Program-made: the position numbers and the translations under genes
Assembly (NCBI GenBank): GCA_963775535.1
Contig: CAVZJH010000057.1
Location: forward strand, 3,818 to 67,817
Direction of reading: 5' to 3'
Length of the DNA: 64,000 bases
From: an uncultured bacterium
GTDB lineage: Bacteria; Armatimonadota; UBA5829
In this document: positions 18,491 through 29,262 of the stretch, piece by piece
How positions within the stretch are numbered: the stretch's first letter is position 1
How the letters are laid out: every line of letters begins with the position of its first letter
Notes under the pieces: generated by a model
What the model saw: only the letters and a program-made list of their open reading frames with translations
The model's database searches: none
Told to the model about the DNA's origin: nothing

Positions 18491-20009
18491 GTAAGAGTTC
18501 AGGATAGGTGAGTATTTGGGGGCTGCACATCTGAAGGCGACAATTTCCATGACAGTATCATCCTTTAGACAAAGGTACTTTTGGTGCCTTTGTCTAAGTG
18601 GGATGTATGAGTGAGTCGGATGGTATTTCCCGAGCAGAGCTCGTGGCCATAATAGTGGAGTTGCGCCGTGCAAACGCCGTCTTGCAGGAGCGGGTGGAGT
18701 TTCTTGAGGCTGAGGTAGAGCGCCTGCGCTCTCAGCTTCCCAGCGGTGGGACGAAAGTTGTGCCGGAGTGGGTCAAGCCAAACCGCAAGGAACGTCGCGA
18801 GGCCGAACGCAGTGAGCGCAAGAAGCGTAAGAGCTCATTTGTACGTCGTCGCGAGATTCCTACCGAGGTCCATGAGCACGCTCTTGAGCAGTGCCCGAAG
18901 TGCGGGCGTAAGCTGTGTGGCGGATGGATACACCGGAGACGTCAGTATGTGGAGATTCCGGAGACTCCGGTGCGCATAGTCGAGCACAGGATCATAAGGC
19001 GCAAATGCGGGGTATGCGGAACACAGTGCACTCCCAAAGTGGATCTTTCGGCGGAGGTGTTGGGCAAAGCACGTGTGGGGGTGAGGCTTATGAGCTTCAT
19101 TGCTTATCTGCACACGGTCTGCCGGGTTCCATTAAGGACGATAAAGGGCCATCTAAAACTGATATATGGCCTGGATTTGGGCCTTGGGGAGCTTTCCGAG
19201 TTACTTCATGCGGTTTCGAAAGCGGCGGAGCCGGAATATGTTTATCTTCTTGACGAGATTCGTGGTTCTCCTGTGGTGAATGCCGATGAGACTGGTTGGC
19301 GCGAAGACGGCATCAACGGATATATATGGAGCTTCTCCACTCCGGAGCTGCGTTACTTTGTATACCGCAAGAGTCGTTCGGGTGAGGTGGCAAAGGAAGT
19401 TTTGGGTGAAGATTTCGATGGGGTTGTAGTCAGTGACTTCTACTGTGGCTACAGCGTCCTTTTGACGCGTCATCAGCGCTGCTGGGTGCATTTCTACCGT
19501 GACCTCAAAAAGCTCGTCGAGGCATATCCATCGGAGGTATCGGTCGGGGAGTGGGTAGACAAGGTTCTGAGCATATACAATCAGGCAAAAGAGTTCTCAA
19601 GCGATGATGAGCGAGTCCGGATAAGGCAGCGGGAGATATTCGAGCAGGTATTGCTTGAAGTTGCCAGTCCATATCTAGGCACTGATAAGCCCCAACGGAT
19701 ATTGGCCCAACGTATCGAGAGGTTCCTGCCGGAGTTATTCATCTTTGTCGAGGACCCACGTGTGCCGTCTGAAAACAATGCTGCCGAGCGGGCAGTTCGA
19801 CCTTGCGTAATAGCTCGAAAGGTCAGTGGCGGAACCCGCTCAGCAAAGGGCTCTGATACAAAGGCAGTCCTAATGAGTATGTTCGGGACGTGGCTGCTCA
19901 GGGGCCAGGACACAATAAGCATGTGCAGGCAAATGCTCATCTCGGCCAATCGTCTCAAATGCCAGGTGACAGACAAAGCACTTCTCTCTCACGTAGCCTG
20001 AACTCTTAC
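18491..20009 (+). mobile_element. Complete IS66-family insertion sequence of the single-ORF (ISBst12-like) type, 1519 bp, with 8-bp target-site duplication
   Basis: Terminal inverted repeats GTAAGAGTTCAGGATAGGTG (18491-18510) and GTAAGAGTTCAGGCTACGTG (reverse complement of 19990-20009) match at 18 of 20 and begin with GTAAG. Flanked by identical AGTTCACC at 18483-18490 and 20010-20017. Single transposase ORF inside. An 11-bp perfect hairpin (TTAGACAAAGG...CCTTTGTCTAA, 18565-18597) abuts the tnp start codon. Confidence 0.85.
18598..20001 (+). CDS. IS66-family transposase (TnpC-like, 467 aa)
   Basis: N-terminal leucine zipper, CPKCG...C..CG zinc-finger, then motifs ADETGW, NGYIWSF, SDFYCGYS, CWVHFYRD, NNAAERAVRPCVIARKVSGGTRS, all characteristic of IS66 TnpC. 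Confidence 0.9.
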   Translation: MGCMSESDGISRAELVAIIVELRRANAVLQERVEFLEAEVERLRSQLPSGGTKVVPEWVKPNRKERREAERSERKKRKSSFVRRREIPTEVHEHALEQCPKCGRKLCGGWIHRRRQYVEIPETPVRIVEHRIIRRKCGVCGTQCTPKVDLSAEVLGKARVGVRLMSFIAYLHTVCRVPLRTIKGHLKLIYGLDLGLGELSELLHAVSKAAEPEYVYLLDEIRGSPVVNADETGWREDGINGYIWSFSTPELRYFVYRKSRSGEVAKEVLGEDFDGVVVSDFYCGYSVLLTRHQRCWVHFYRDLKKLVEAYPSEVSVGEWVDKVLSIYNQAKEFSSDDERVRIRQREIFEQVLLEVASPYLGTDKPQRILAQRIERFLPELFIFVEDPRVPSENNAAERAVRPCVIARKVSGGTRSAKGSDTKAVLMSMFGTWLLRGQDTISMCRQMLISANRLKCQVTDKALLSHVA

Positions 20010-20024
20010 AGTTCACCCGTTCAC

Positions 20025-20053
20025 TTGACAATGACGCGATTGTGGGATACATT
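20025..20053 (+). promoter_or_regulatory. Sigma70-like promoter TTGACA-17-TACATT for the 20133 gene, 16 bp from the IS66 right end
   Basis: Read directly; not tested. The IS insertion point is 8-15 bp upstream of the -35 element. Confidence 0.4.
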
Positions 20054-20132
20054 ACGGTAGCATGCATAACCGCGGGCTTGCCTACTTGGCCTGCAGCTAT
20101 TGTAGCGATTCTCAACTGCGGGAGGAAATGCA

Positions 20133-23100
20133 ATGAGTGGCAAGTCGGTTTTAGTATTGTGCCTGGTCGCTGTTTGTCTTGTTTGTTGTGCCTCGCAGGC
20201 GGGCTGCAGCACGTTCTATGTTACCTCGTCCGGAAAGGACACCAACTCCGGTCTTAGTTGGCAGGCTGCCAAGGCGAGCGTCGCGGGCGGCGTCAAGGTC
20301 GCGAGTGCGGGCGATCAGGTCTGGGTCGCCGCGGGGACTTACTCAGGAGGCATCACTGTGAACTCCGGCGTCGCTCTCTACGGCGCTTTCGCCGGGACTG
20401 AAACGCAGCTCAGCCAAAGAAATCTGGCGGCCAACCTTACCGTTCTCCAGGGCGGGGGCAGCGCGGGCAGCGTCGTCACCATTGCCGCCAACGCCACCTC
20501 AGCGACTGTGTTGGACGGGTTCACCATCAGGGATGGCACCGGCACCGTAGGAGGATACTACGGCGTGGACTGCTACGGCGGCGGAGTATACTGCGGCATA
20601 GGAGCTTCTCCTGTCATTTCACACAATATTATTACCTCGAATTGGATAAATGGTTTGTCGTTTGAATATGAAGACGAGGAGATTGACGGATGCGGGTTTG
20701 GCGCAGGTATCTACTGCGATGATGGAAGTCCCGTTATGGCTAATAATTTGATCTTCGACAATGTAGCGGATAGCCAGGGTTACGGTTTCGCGGACGGTTT
20801 TGGAGGAGGCGTTATGTGTCAGGGCGGACAACCGATCATCGTCGGCAACACCATTACGTCTAATACGGGGAATTATGCGCTCGATATTGAAGACACCAAC
20901 TCCAGCACCATTATCAACAACATTGTCGCCTTTAATACCGCGGGGATTTACGAGACGACCTATGGCCCAATAACTATTGGTAGCAACTGTGTGTACGGGA
21001 ATAGGAGCGGCAACTATTATGGGCAGGATTTGACGGGCCAGGACGGTAATATTTCGTACGATCCGCTGTTCAAGTCCACGAACGACGACGACTACCACAT
21101 CAACGCCCTCTCACCATGCTGCAATACCGGCGACGATGCTACTGCCGCTTTATATCCACTGGATCTCTACGGGCAGTCGAGGACACTCGGAGGCCACGCC
21201 GACATGGGTGCGATCGAGTCGGACGGCACGATGTGGCCGGCGACCGTGACGACACCCGTGATCGGACTCGCCTCGGGAGTGCATACAACAGTTCAGTCCG
21301 CAACCGTGACATGCGCTACCGGCGGCGTGACCATACACTACACGCTAAATGGCGTTGACCCGACCGAATCCGATCCCGTGGTCGCGTCCGGATCAAGTGT
21401 AACCATCGACTACTCCGCGACCCTCAAAGTCAAAGCATTCGTGCCGGCTTGGACGCCAAGCGCTGTCTCCTCCGCCTCATATGTGATCCGCGCGCCGGTC
21501 GTAGTGTACGTAGACCACAACGTTCTCTCCACCGTGCAGGATGGAACGTCGTGGTCGACGGCAAAAAAGACAATATCCGCAGGTCTTTCCGCCGTCGTTT
21601 CGGGTGACCAGGTATGGGTAGCGCAAGGAACCTACGTTGAGCAAGTTACGCTGGTAAATGGCGTCGCATTATACGGTGGTTTTCCATCGGGCGGCGGTGA
21701 CTGGAGTTCCCGCACCCCGAAAACGAACCAGACAATTGTTGATGGCAACCAGGAAGGCAGTGTCATAACGTCGCCGTCGGGAGCGAGCGCGACGACGGTT
21801 ATTGATGGATTCACTATCCGAAATGGAGTTCCAAACGGTTTCGGCGACGGCGGAGGGGTGTACTGCTCGTCCTCCTCGCCGACTGTTTCGCACAACACGA
21901 TCGCGGCTAACTACGCCTTTGGGGTTTTCAGTGACCTCTCCTCCTCACCGCAGATTTCAAACAACATTATCACGGGAAACGCCGAGGCCGGAATATACTG
22001 TACCTCAGCGGCAATATTCAATAACTTGATTTCGGGAAACTCTTCAACAAACTGCAGTGGAGGGATAATCTGCCTTGGCAATGCGACCATATATAACAAC
22101 ACTATCACCGGAAACAGCTCAGATAGCCGCGGCGAAGGCGCAGCGATATACTGCGGCGGTGGGTGTCCCACAATATGCAACAACATTGTGGCATTCAATT
22201 CGGCGGGGATCTTCAATGAATCTGGTGGTCCAGTCTTGCGCAATAACTGCGTGTATAACCCGGACGGGATCAACTACATCTATCTGTCGGCGGGCAAAGG
22301 AGACATTCAAGTTGATCCAAAGCTGGTCGCAGTCGCATACGGCCAGGTTCACATCCAGCCGGACTCGCCGTGCGTAGACGCGGGCGATGACAGTGTGGTG
22401 CAGCCGGGGTGGGTCGATATGGATGGGCAGACCAGGATTCAGGGCGCGCATGTGGACATTGGGGCCGACGAATCGGACGGAACAACCTGGACATACGCCC
22501 CCGCGATAGTGCGTGTGAGTCCCGCCGGAAATGATTCCAATGACGGCTCCAGTTGGGCTTTGGCAAAGAAATCGGTCCAGGCGGGCATAAACGTTGCGTC
22601 TTTAGTCGGTGGCGAGGTATGGGTCGGGGCAGGTACTTACAACGAGTGTTTAATTCTTACCCCTTATGCCTACCTCTACGGCGGTTTTGCCGGAACTGAA
22701 ACCTCAAGGGACCAGCGCAACTGGAATACCAACGCCTCTATTCTTGACGGCGGGGGCGTTGGCGGCGTGGTCATCTCAGAGACCGGTCACAAGGTCACAG
22801 CCAGCGGGATAGATGGTTTCACAATTCGACATGGAAACGGCTACGGAATATGCTGCGCGGGTTCTTCGCCGACCATTGCTAACAACACTATCACGGCAAA
22901 CACCACGAGCGACAGCGGTAGTGGCACAATATACTGCTACGGCTCCTCACCGACAATTCTCGGTAACATTGTCTCAGGAAACACGGCTTCGAGTAAGTTG
23001 GATTTTTGCGCCGGTGCAATCTACTGCGAGGAATCCTCACCGACCATCTCAAACAACACGATCTCGTCAAATTCCGGGAGCGGCGGCGGCAGCACTATAA

Positions 23101-24458
23101 TCTACTGCGATGATTGCTCGCCAACTATCTCGAACAACAATATCACGGCAAACACCGCCGCTGGCAACGGCGGAGCGATATATTGCTGGGATTTCTCCCC
23201 GACGGTGATCTCGAACAATAGTATCACGGCAAATAGCGCAAGTGGCGACGGTGGCGCAATTTACTGCCAGGGCGGTCAGGTCACCATATGTAACAACACA
23301 ATCGAGTCGAACAGTGCGAACTGCGGCGGCGCGATATATTGCTGCGGTAGTTCTCTGGCAACAATCTCAAACAACACAATTGCGTCAAACAAAGCGAGCT
23401 GCGGCGGTGGGATATACACCTGCGACTCCTCTGCGGCGGTCTCAAACAACACGATCGCGGCAAACACTGCAGGTACCAGCGGCGGAGGGATATACTGCAG
23501 TAACTCATCCTCGCCGAATGTCTCCAACAACATATTGGCGTTCAACTCGTCTGGAGTATATAACTCATCGAGTTCTCCAACTCTGCGCAACAACGATGTC
23601 TACAATCCCAGCGGAGCGAACTACACAGGGTTGTCGGCGGGAACGGGGGATATCTCAGCTGATCCGATGTTCGTGGACTCTGCTGGTGGAGATTACGACA
23701 TAGCGGCAGGCTCTCCGTGCATCGACGCCGGTTGGAACGGCGCCCCGGACATCGGGACTGTGGATATACACGGAAACCCGCGCATAATCAATTCTATTAT
23801 CGATATCGGAGAGGATGAGTGGCCCTACACAGCAAACGGCATCCAAAACACGAAGCACGCTGCCTCCGGCGCGCTTGCTTACATTCACGCCGGGATAGTC
23901 AGCGCCGTCTTTGATGACTGCTTCTACATCGAATGCGCCAACCGCACCACCGGGATTCGAGTAGTGAGTTCAGCGTCCGGCATTACGGTGGGAACGAAAG
24001 TGGACGTCACGGGAACGGCGGAGACTAATGATGACGGAGAGCTGTACGTCAACGCAAGCTCAGTCGAGTCAATTGGGAGTGGCGCGGTTGCTCCTGTCAT
24101 GTTGAGTGGCCGCTGCGTTGGCGGCGGCTCGCTTGGACTGCAGGGCGGCGTCTGGAAAGATCAATGGACCCTCACTGACGGTGGAACCTGGGGGCAGCAG
24201 TGCCTGCCTGCCTGCGGCCTGAACAATATCGGGCTTCTCGTCAGGATTAGCGGCAAATACACACCTGTTGATGACCACACATTCACCGTAGACGATGGCA
24301 GCGGCGAACCTGTAAAGTGCACCGTCCCCGATGGTGTCATTTTAGGTTCGGGCTGGACGTATCTTAGCGTAACCGGTATTTCGAGCTGCGAGATGATCGA
24401 CGGTGAGCCGCACCGGCTGGTTCGGGTTCGAACGGCCGGCGATATCGTGGCTTACTAG
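20133..24458 (+). CDS. Giant secreted right-handed beta-helix (PbH1 repeat) protein, 1441 aa, built from three DUF1565-like head + PbH1 units plus a ~230-aa C-terminal region
   Basis: Signal peptide. Three occurrences of the DGSSW..AKK..QAG....GDQVWVA.GTY head motif at about aa 30, 470 and 790. Dozens of ~22-aa repeats (SPTISNNTI.ANSA..GGAIYC). C-terminal region ends ...HRLVRVRTAGDIVAY. Confidence 0.75.
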   Translation: MSGKSVLVLCLVAVCLVCCASQAGCSTFYVTSSGKDTNSGLSWQAAKASVAGGVKVASAGDQVWVAAGTYSGGITVNSGVALYGAFAGTETQLSQRNLAANLTVLQGGGSAGSVVTIAANATSATVLDGFTIRDGTGTVGGYYGVDCYGGGVYCGIGASPVISHNIITSNWINGLSFEYEDEEIDGCGFGAGIYCDDGSPVMANNLIFDNVADSQGYGFADGFGGGVMCQGGQPIIVGNTITSNTGNYALDIEDTNSSTIINNIVAFNTAGIYETTYGPITIGSNCVYGNRSGNYYGQDLTGQDGNISYDPLFKSTNDDDYHINALSPCCNTGDDATAALYPLDLYGQSRTLGGHADMGAIESDGTMWPATVTTPVIGLASGVHTTVQSATVTCATGGVTIHYTLNGVDPTESDPVVASGSSVTIDYSATLKVKAFVPAWTPSAVSSASYVIRAPVVVYVDHNVLSTVQDGTSWSTAKKTISAGLSAVVSGDQVWVAQGTYVEQVTLVNGVALYGGFPSGGGDWSSRTPKTNQTIVDGNQEGSVITSPSGASATTVIDGFTIRNGVPNGFGDGGGVYCSSSSPTVSHNTIAANYAFGVFSDLSSSPQISNNIITGNAEAGIYCTSAAIFNNLISGNSSTNCSGGIICLGNATIYNNTITGNSSDSRGEGAAIYCGGGCPTICNNIVAFNSAGIFNESGGPVLRNNCVYNPDGINYIYLSAGKGDIQVDPKLVAVAYGQVHIQPDSPCVDAGDDSVVQPGWVDMDGQTRIQGAHVDIGADESDGTTWTYAPAIVRVSPAGNDSNDGSSWALAKKSVQAGINVASLVGGEVWVGAGTYNECLILTPYAYLYGGFAGTETSRDQRNWNTNASILDGGGVGGVVISETGHKVTASGIDGFTIRHGNGYGICCAGSSPTIANNTITANTTSDSGSGTIYCYGSSPTILGNIVSGNTASSKLDFCAGAIYCEESSPTISNNTISSNSGSGGGSTIIYCDDCSPTISNNNITANTAAGNGGAIYCWDFSPTVISNNSITANSASGDGGAIYCQGGQVTICNNTIESNSANCGGAIYCCGSSLATISNNTIASNKASCGGGIYTCDSSAAVSNNTIAANTAGTSGGGIYCSNSSSPNVSNNILAFNSSGVYNSSSSPTLRNNDVYNPSGANYTGLSAGTGDISADPMFVDSAGGDYDIAAGSPCIDAGWNGAPDIGTVDIHGNPRIINSIIDIGEDEWPYTANGIQNTKHAASGALAYIHAGIVSAVFDDCFYIECANRTTGIRVVSSASGITVGTKVDVTGTAETNDDGELYVNASSVESIGSGAVAPVMLSGRCVGGGSLGLQGGVWKDQWTLTDGGTWGQQCLPACGLNNIGLLVRISGKYTPVDDHTFTVDDGSGEPVKCTVPDGVILGSGWTYLSVTGISSCEMIDGEPHRLVRVRTAGDIVAY

Positions 24459-24586
24459 ACGCTGGGTGCTGAAAACGCGGCGCAGTGCAATAATGCGGTA
24501 TACTACGACAGGCAGCCTGAAAAACCGGTAAAACAGGTGGGTTCCTGTTTGCGAACCGGAAAACCAGGGCTTACAGGAGGATCGAT

Positions 24587-25576
24587 ATGAAGCACTCTGT
24601 TCGCACAGCGGTCTTGATAGTCCTCGGCATTATAGCGGTGTCGGGCTGCGGTTGGTGCACGACTGTAAAGAAAGAATTCACGCTTCCCGTTTGGGCCGGC
24701 TGTCCATTTCGTCCAAGAATATCCGGCGACTGGATAGTCGACGTGCAGAACAAAGATGACAAAGGCTGCGGCTCAACTTCCATTGGCATTATGCTCTACA
24801 ATATTGCTACAGGGAAGTCATATATGGCTTATGCAAGGAGCTGCCGGTTGGTGCTCCATAGCCGGCACGCTGGCTGTGTGGACGGGAAAAACCACAAATA
24901 TCCAGGGTTTCTGTACCTCTCAAAGGTGACAGAAGCGGCTCGGACAACCCATCGAACATGGTCATGGTAGATGCGAAAGACTGGCGTTACTACACGCCGC
25001 GGGTGACCAATGGGCCTGCATTTGCTCCTGTGGTTTGGGCGAATTACGTCGCTTACGAGGGCAGCAACAGTCAGATTTATCTGGTAGATATGAACGATGG
25101 CAAGATAATACAGGTTTCCCAGTCGGGCACTCAGAATACTAATCCTCAGATTGGGCAGAACCTTGTTACCTGGGAAGAGCATACCGACAAGCGGCAAATA
25201 TGCGGCTATCGCATAGGCAGCGGCGAATGTCTACAGATTACCGATGACCCCGGTGAAGAAAACTGCGGGGGTTATACTGATGGCAAGACCGTGGTTTGGT
25301 ATAACAAAGGAATTTCCGCGTATGATGTGGCAACCCGCGCCAGGACGCAGGTAAGCCGCGCTGGTTACTACCCGGACGTGAGTGACGGAATTGTAGTATA
25401 CCTCAAAGGTGTCAACAATCATATCGCAGTTTTTGGATACGATCTGGCTGCGCGAGAAGAATTTCCGCATAAGCAGCGGCTACTCCGATTGCGGCCCATC
25501 GATCGACGGCAACCGGGTCATCTGGTGCCTGGGCAATAAAATCTACTGTGCCGAGCTCGATCGCGGCGCAAAGTGA
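24587..25576 (+). CDS. Beta-propeller-type repeat lipoprotein (repeats of the form ..VVW......IY.YD...), broken by two frameshifts near 24960 and 25470
   Basis: Lipoprotein signal (LGIIAVSGC). Repeats such as VVWANYVAYEGSNSQIYLVDM, GKTVVWYNKGISAYDVATR and GNRVIWCLGNKIYCAEL. Translation runs frame 2, then frame 1, then frame 2. Confidence 0.4.
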
Positions 25577-25593
25577 GCGCCCGTTAAGTCCGC

Positions 25594-28500
25594 CTACTTC
25601 TTTGTCTTATCCACAACCGGCGCCGGTTCCGCCGCGATTGCCGGCATATTGGCGCGCTCCAACGTAATCGCCACGATTTTCATGTCGGTGTTCTTCGGCA
25701 GGGTTAGGCTCGCCAGCGTCTTCGCGGGATCGAGCTGGATCGTGTAATGGTAGAGATAGCAGTTCGTCCCGATCTCATCGCCGCCGTGGCTGTGGCGATG
25801 GCGAATAAGATAACCTACCTGCTCGCCGTGCTTGGGACCCTCCCCCCAGTCGCTCATCTTGATCGGCGCGACTGCCGCAGAGCCGCTGTAGTTGAGCGAA
25901 ATATCTCCCGAAGCGTCACCGTTGGACGATGCTGCGAGGATGTGGAGCGCGACATAGTTCGTGTTCTCAACATCTACCTTCTGACCGCTGCATGCCACGG
26001 CGTTGTTCTTTTCTTCCGCCGACTTCTCGGGATAGAGGAAACTTATGCGTCCATCGGGATGGGGTGCGCGGTCCCAGTTGTAGCCGGAGGGGTAAACCTG
26101 GCTTGCCATCTCTGTGGCGCTGGCGTCGGGCGGCAGGTATTCCGACGGAAAGCTGGAGCCTTTGCCGTCGAAATCGCCAACCGTTCTGTTCACATCCGGG
26201 CTTGCCGCGCTGATGTCGTATAACTTACTCAGGTCAACGAAGGCCAGTTTGCCGTTGTTGATCTCGATACTCACCGGAAGGATGTCGCCCCCCCGTGTAA
26301 TCGGAAGAGTGGAGAGCCACTCATCGTCGATCATGATGTCCCACACAAGCACGTATTGACCGTCGTACTTAGGCAGCGCAACCTTTGCGGTAACAACCGT
26401 GGGCATTTCCGGCTGAAGATTCGCCGGGAGTGGCGTCGAAGGGTTGTCCCACTGCATGAGAGTGCCGTCTACGTGGTACCAGTGATAACCGATCCTGGTT
26501 CGCTTGCGGTCCCACGCAGTGACGCCGTCGTTCTTGATAACGACCTTCACATCAACGACCTGGCCGGCCACCAGCTTCGGCGGAATGTTACAGTCCGCTA
26601 TCCTTGCGCCGTAGTCAGAATCGAAAATGTCCACTACGCGGTCGAGCGTATTCGAATTGAGCTCTAAAAACCACTTGTCGCCGCTGAATATATCGAATCG
26701 GAGCTGATAGCTCCAGGGATAGTCCTGCTTCCAGCTCGGGACAAGGCTCCTGTCGGGCTGCGACAGGTTCAGGTCGACCACAAACTCGGCAATCTCCCCC
26801 GGCTTGCAGTCCTTGAGGAGAATCGCCCGGACATCTCTTATCGGAACCTCTTCCTGCATTTCGTTCGGGTTATCGTGAGTATAATTGGCCACCTTAAACA
26901 GCCTGCATCCCAGCTTGGTAACGCCCTTGGGCCAGACTTGGGAACCGTCGTTGCGCGCCCGCACAACCGCGGCATAACTCTGGCCGGACACCATCATCTC
27001 CGGGGCATCGCACGAAAGATAAGTCGCGGACCACTCAGGCGTCTTCCCAATAACGGTCGGCACTATGAGCGCCTGGCTTCCGAACGCCGAGAACCACTTG
27101 TTATCGGCAAGCCGAACCATCTCAAAACGCAGCTCGCAGTTGCCTTCCGGGATCGGCGTCCCGGCCGCGCTCATTGGCGCGATCCCGATGTTCACCCTGA
27201 TTGCTTCGCCCGGCTGCACATCTCTTTCCAGAGGCCGTTTGATCTTGCTGTCTCCCAGGAACCGGCCGCTCTTATACCATCTGTAGGACAAGCCAAAGCC
27301 GTCAGAGACTCGCCATTGCGAATTGCCGGTGTTTCTGATGGTTAGTTCGGCCTGGGCAAACTGACCGGGAGCCACCGTCTTTGGCACATTATAGCTCAGG
27401 AACTGAGCGTCGAAGTCCCGGTTTCCGAGGAAGCGCTTCACGTTGGCGCGTGTCGCGTCGATATACTTCCGGCCATATTCACGGCTCGCGCACATATCGC
27501 TGGCCTCGTGAAGCTCGTCCCAGCCATCGCACACGACCCAGAGCGGCGGCTTCTGGAGGATGGAGAGCCAGTCTTTTTCATATGTATCCCCGCCGAGCCT
27601 GGGTCTCATCAGCGCATTGCCCGCCTGAGCTACCGCAGAGTTGTCGAAACCGGCCCCGACGGATGCTACGCGAATACGCCCGCCTTCGTCCTGCTTCGCT
27701 CCAAGTCCCGCGCCGTAGGTGCAGATGCCGTCGCATACCTGAACCTTGGGTTCGTAGTCTTTCGATGCGATCCAGACCAGTTTGCGCCCGAAGTCGTGCT
27801 CGTATTTTTCATTGCAGTATTGCATAAAGCTGGAATCGAAATCGGAGAAAAAGCTGCTGGTATAGAGCACCACTATATCGGCCTGCCCGCCCGCGTCGGG
27901 CTTACCGGTCTGAGCGGTTGCGCGATAGTCAACAGGAATCCGGTCATAGAAATCCTTGATCATGCCATAGAAGGTGCGCTCGACCTCTTCGTTCTTTAGA
28001 TTCGGGCTTTGCGCCGTAGGCAGCCTGCATCGCGGTAGTGTCGAAGAACATCGCCACCAGGGGATATTGCTTGCCCTCATCGCGCAGTTCGTCGAGAGCG
28101 GAGATCATGCAGTCCAAACCCTTGTCCGCGAAACCTGCCCGGTCGGCCTTGTCGCCCCAGTAGACCGGCAGAACCACGTCTATGCCGGCGGCGATGATAT
28201 CGGAAAGCTGTTCCTTGTGCCACTGTACTCTATCGTAACTGAACCATGGTCCGGCGTTTCGGACGGGCGAGTCCTGAAGCTGCAGGGCTCCGTCAGGTCC
28301 CACGATGTGGCTGTAAGGCGCAGACTTTCGCGGATCCGCCTGATACCAGTAGAAATAGTGCGTCATCACCATTTTGTGTGGTGGAAACTTAGCCTCGTAG
28401 ACGAAACCTTCGGGCACCGGAAGGTCAATGGCGAACGATGTGTTGGCTGTCCACTCTTTATTGGAAATTATGCCGTCGATCAGAGGAGGACGGACTATGG

Positions 28501-29167
28501 TCTTGGAGGAGAGGATCTTCTCCGCGCTCATCGTTGCAGCGCCGAACGTATACTGCGCGAACACGAGGTTCACCCACTTGGCGGGACACATAGTATCATC
28601 TTCAGTCTTCACACGCGGCGAGAGGCTTACAAACTCGCCGCTCTTGTCGCCGTGCCGGTGAACCAGGATGTTGAAACTTACCATGTCGCCGAACTTGGGC
28701 GTCGACGTTTTCATCGCCAGCCAGGGAATAGCTATCTCCACCGTGTAACCCATGTCGATATCGTCGCTGTTGTTGAGCGTTCCCTGGACCGTGCAGCCGT
28801 ATTTGAACGACCACACAGGCACCGGCTCGAATGTTCCCTTGTCCGTTCCCACCTGGAACTGCGCGCCGCCCGCGGCGGAGACTGTCATATTGATGCACGC
28901 GGGGGTTACGCGAGCCGAGTGCTTGTCGTTTGCCTCCACGAATACCGAGACCGAGTCATCTCCCGAAACATCCGCATTGGGAGTGGTATGTGTGCCCTCG
29001 ACATCGGGGCAGTCCACTTTGAATGCGAGGTAGAAGTATGTTTCGTCCCAATTGGTGTAGCACTGGACCCGGTCTTTGGTCACGACCTCCTGGGCCAGGG
29101 CATACGTTGCGCAAAGCATCAATAGCGCACACATGAAGACGCAGACAAACAGCTTTTTGAGCTCCAT
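25594..29167 (-). CDS. Large secreted multidomain protein: CBM9/DOMON-like N-domain, GH-like TIM-barrel domain paralogous to that of the 15207 gene, three or more CARDB/Ig-like beta-sandwich repeats; one frameshift near 27950-28080
   Basis: Signal peptide at 29167. TYFYLAFKVDCPD (CBM9-like). HYFYWYQADP...FSYDRVQWHKEQLSDIIAAGIDVVLPVYWGD matches the 15207 protein's motifs. Repeated modules (VAPGQFAQAELTIRNTGNSQWR / MVSGQSYAAVVRARNDGSQVWPK / LVAGQVVDVKVVIKNDGVTAWDR). The ORFs at 27944-29167 and 25594-28080 overlap in different frames. Confidence 0.6.
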
Positions 29168-29262
29168 TTTCGTCCTTCCATAGAGAGGCTGACGGCGGTC
29201 AGCGGTCGACTAGCAATGTTGCTGCTTCGGCTGCATGCAACGAAGCGAATAATAACCGCGTT

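Noticed and set aside
23276-23593. Minus-strand ORFs inside the PbH1 repeat regions (23276-23593, 21911-22273, 31500-31931, 32986-33546, 32187-32372), with proteins full of QYIPPP / IVLLEIV repeats
   Set aside because: They are the antisense reading of the periodic NNTITGNSA..GGGIYC coding repeats. Their periodicity mirrors the plus-strand gene, and they have no starts with RBS. Classic repeat-induced shadow ORFs.
20133-24458. Considered whether the highly regular 66-72-bp repeats could be a CRISPR array or other non-coding tandem array
   Set aside because: The repeats are in-frame coding units of one long ORF, with variable 'repeats' and no unique spacers of fixed length. No cas genes are present.
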